Assembly (NCBI GenBank): GCA_964016885.1
Contig: OZ024740.1
Location: 48,236,001-48,300,000, forward strand
Reading direction: 5' to 3'
Length of the DNA: 64,000 bases
From: Eledone cirrhosa
Taxonomy: Eukaryota
In this document: piece after piece, positions 62,101 through 64,000 of the stretch
Layout: each line of letters starts with the position of its first letter
Numbering within the stretch: position 1 is the stretch's first letter
Position numbers and translations under genes: made by a program
Notes under the pieces: generated by a model
What the model was told of the DNA's origin: nothing
Seen by the model: the letters and a program-made list of their open reading frames with translations, nothing else
Databases searched by the model: none

Positions 62101-64000
62101 TACTCCCTCCACCACTGTCTCTCTTCCAATACTCCCTCCATCACTGTCACTCTCTTCCTGTACTATCTTCATCGCTGTCTCTCTTCCACTATTCCCTCCA
62201 GCACTGTCTTTCTCTTCAGGTACTCCCTCCATCACTCTCTCTCTCTCTCTCTTCCAGTACTGCCTCCATCACTGCCTCTCTCTTATAGCAATCCCTCTAA
62301 CACTGTCTCTCTCTTCCAGTACTCCCTCCATCACTGTGTCTCTCTTCCAGTACTCCCTCTAACACTTCTCTATCTTACAGTACTCCCTCCATCACAGTCT
62401 CTCTCTTCCAGTACTCGGTCCAACACTGTCTCTATCTTCCAGTACTCCCACCAACACTCTCTCTCTTCCAGTACTCCCTTCATCACTGTCTCTCTCTTCC
62501 AGTACTCACTCATCACTGTCTGTGCCTTCCAGTACTCCCTCAATCACTGTCTCTCTCTTCCAGTAATCCCTCCACCACTGTCTCTATCTCCCAGTACTCC
62601 CTCCAACACTGTCTCTCTCTTCCAGTACTCCATCCAACACTGTCTCTATCTTCCAGTACTCCCTCCATCACTGTCTCTCTCTTCCAGTACTCCCTCCATC
62701 ACGGTCTCTCTATTCCAGTACTCCCTCCAACATTGTCTCTATCTTCCAGTACTCCCTCCAACACTGTCTCTATCTTCCAGTACTCACTCTAACACTTGTC
62801 TATCTTCCAGTACTCCCTCCAACACTGTCTCTCTCTTCCAGTACTCCCTGCAGCACTGTCTCTCTCTTCCAGTACTCTCTCCAACACTGTCTCTATCTTC
62901 CAGTACTCCCTCCATCACCGTCTCGCTCTTCCAGTATTCCCGCTAACACTTGTCTATCTTCCAGTACTCCCTCCAACACTGTCTCTCTTTTCCAGTACTC
63001 CCTCCATAACTGTGTCTCTTTTCCAGTAATCCCTCCATCACTGTCTCTGTTCCTGCTACTCCCTCCAGCACTGTCTCTAACTTCCAGTACTCCCTCCACC
63101 ACGGTCTCTCTTTTCTAGTACTCCCTCCATCACTGTCTCTCTCTTCCATTACTCCCTCCATCACTGTCTCTCTCTTCCAGTACTCCCTCCAACACTGTCT
63201 CTATCTTCCAGTACTCCCTCCACCACAGTCTCTCTCTTCCATTACTCCCTCCACCACTGTCTCTTCCAGTACTCCCTCCAACACTGTCTCTATCTTCCAG
63301 TACTCCCTCCACCACTTTCTCTCTCTTCCATTACTCCCTCCACCACTGTCTCTCTTCCAGTACTCCCTCCAACACTGTCTCTCTTTTCCAGTACTCCCTC
63401 CATAACTGTGTCTCTTTTCCAGTAATCCCTCCATCACTGTCTCTGTTCTTGCTACTCCCTCCAGCACTGTCTCTAACTTCCAGTACACCCTCCACCACGG
63501 TCTCTCTTTTCTAGTACTCCCTCCATCACTGTCTCTCTCTTCAAAGTACTCCCTGCAACACAGTCTCTTTCCTCCAGTACTCCCCCCATCACTGCCTCTC
63601 ACTTCCAGTACTCCCTCCATCACTGTCTCTCTCTTCCAGTACTCTCTCCATCATTGTCTCTCTCTCTTCCAGTACTACCCACAACACTCTCTCTATCTTC
63701 CTGTACTCCCTCCACCACTGTCTCTCTTCCGTTACACCCTCCAGCACAGTCTCTAACTTCCAGTACTCCCTCCACCACGGTCTCTCTTTTCTAGTACTCC
63801 CTCCATCACTGTCTCCGTCTTCCAGTACTCCCTCCAACACAGTCTCTCTCTTCCAGTACTCTCTCCAACACTGTCTCGCTTTTCCAGTACTACCTCCATC
63901 ACTGTCTCTAACTTCCAGTACTCCCTCCAGCACTGTCTCTCTCTTCCAGTACTCCCGCCAACACTGTCTTTATCTTGCAATACTCCCGGCAGCACTGTCT
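29148..64000. repeat. Large satellite array of ~31-bp monomers, consensus CTCT(A/C)TCTTCCAGTACTCCCTCCA(A/T/C)CACTGT, with 29- and 33-bp (CT)n length variants; on the order of 1,100 copies; continues past the window end
   Basis: CCAGTACTCCCTCCA recurs with ~31-bp spacing (e.g. CAGTA at 29346 and 29377). No interruption by other sequence was seen. The + strand is strongly C/T-rich. Confidence 0.99.

Noticed and set aside
29148-64000. Dozens of long ORFs (up to 721 aa) rich in S/L/P, resembling mucin-like or repetitive proteins
   Set aside because: The 31-bp consensus has no stop codon on the + strand, so all frames cycle through the same LPVLPP/SSSTPS/FQYSLHHC peptide. The ORFs overlap in every frame, and 2-bp indels shift frame freely.
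29148-64000. CRISPR-like array (conserved core with variable intervening bases)
   Set aside because: The variable parts are point variants of one monomer, not unique spacers. There are no cas genes, and the context is eukaryotic and spliced.
29148-64000. Immunoglobulin switch-region-like target (AGTACT contains RGYW/WRCY motifs in a skewed repeat)
   Set aside because: A four-base motif in a repeat is expected by chance. Nothing here indicates a deaminase or rearranging locus, so only the generic R-loop potential was kept.

Overview
AT-rich, intron-containing animal genomic DNA. The SINE/RTE repeat families resemble those I associate with octopus (coleoid cephalopod), but that assignment is inferred. 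Bases 1-29.1 kb hold two convergent genes: the last two coding exons of FBXW5 (+) and seven phase-compatible coding exons of CFAP157 (-, 28523 down to 10407). They sit among many retroelements: a young 5'-truncated CR1-group LINE, RTE fragments (one with three C2H2 fingers), a CRE-type endonuclease relic, old LINE relics, two SINE groups and a piggyBac-like MITE. There are also two local rearrangements, a 354-bp direct copy and a ~370-bp inverted duplication next to a hairpin. From ~29,148 to the window end (about 34.8 kb, still open) is a pyrimidine-rich ~31-bp satellite with nested higher-order duplications; the long ORFs there are artefacts. The N-terminal CFAP157 exons are absent, so the satellite probably lies inside a CFAP157 intron. 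Its + strand reads like a 3' splice acceptor in every monomer, antisense to the host gene. That is the best candidate for something new here. I found no novel protein-coding system, CRISPR array or RNA gene.
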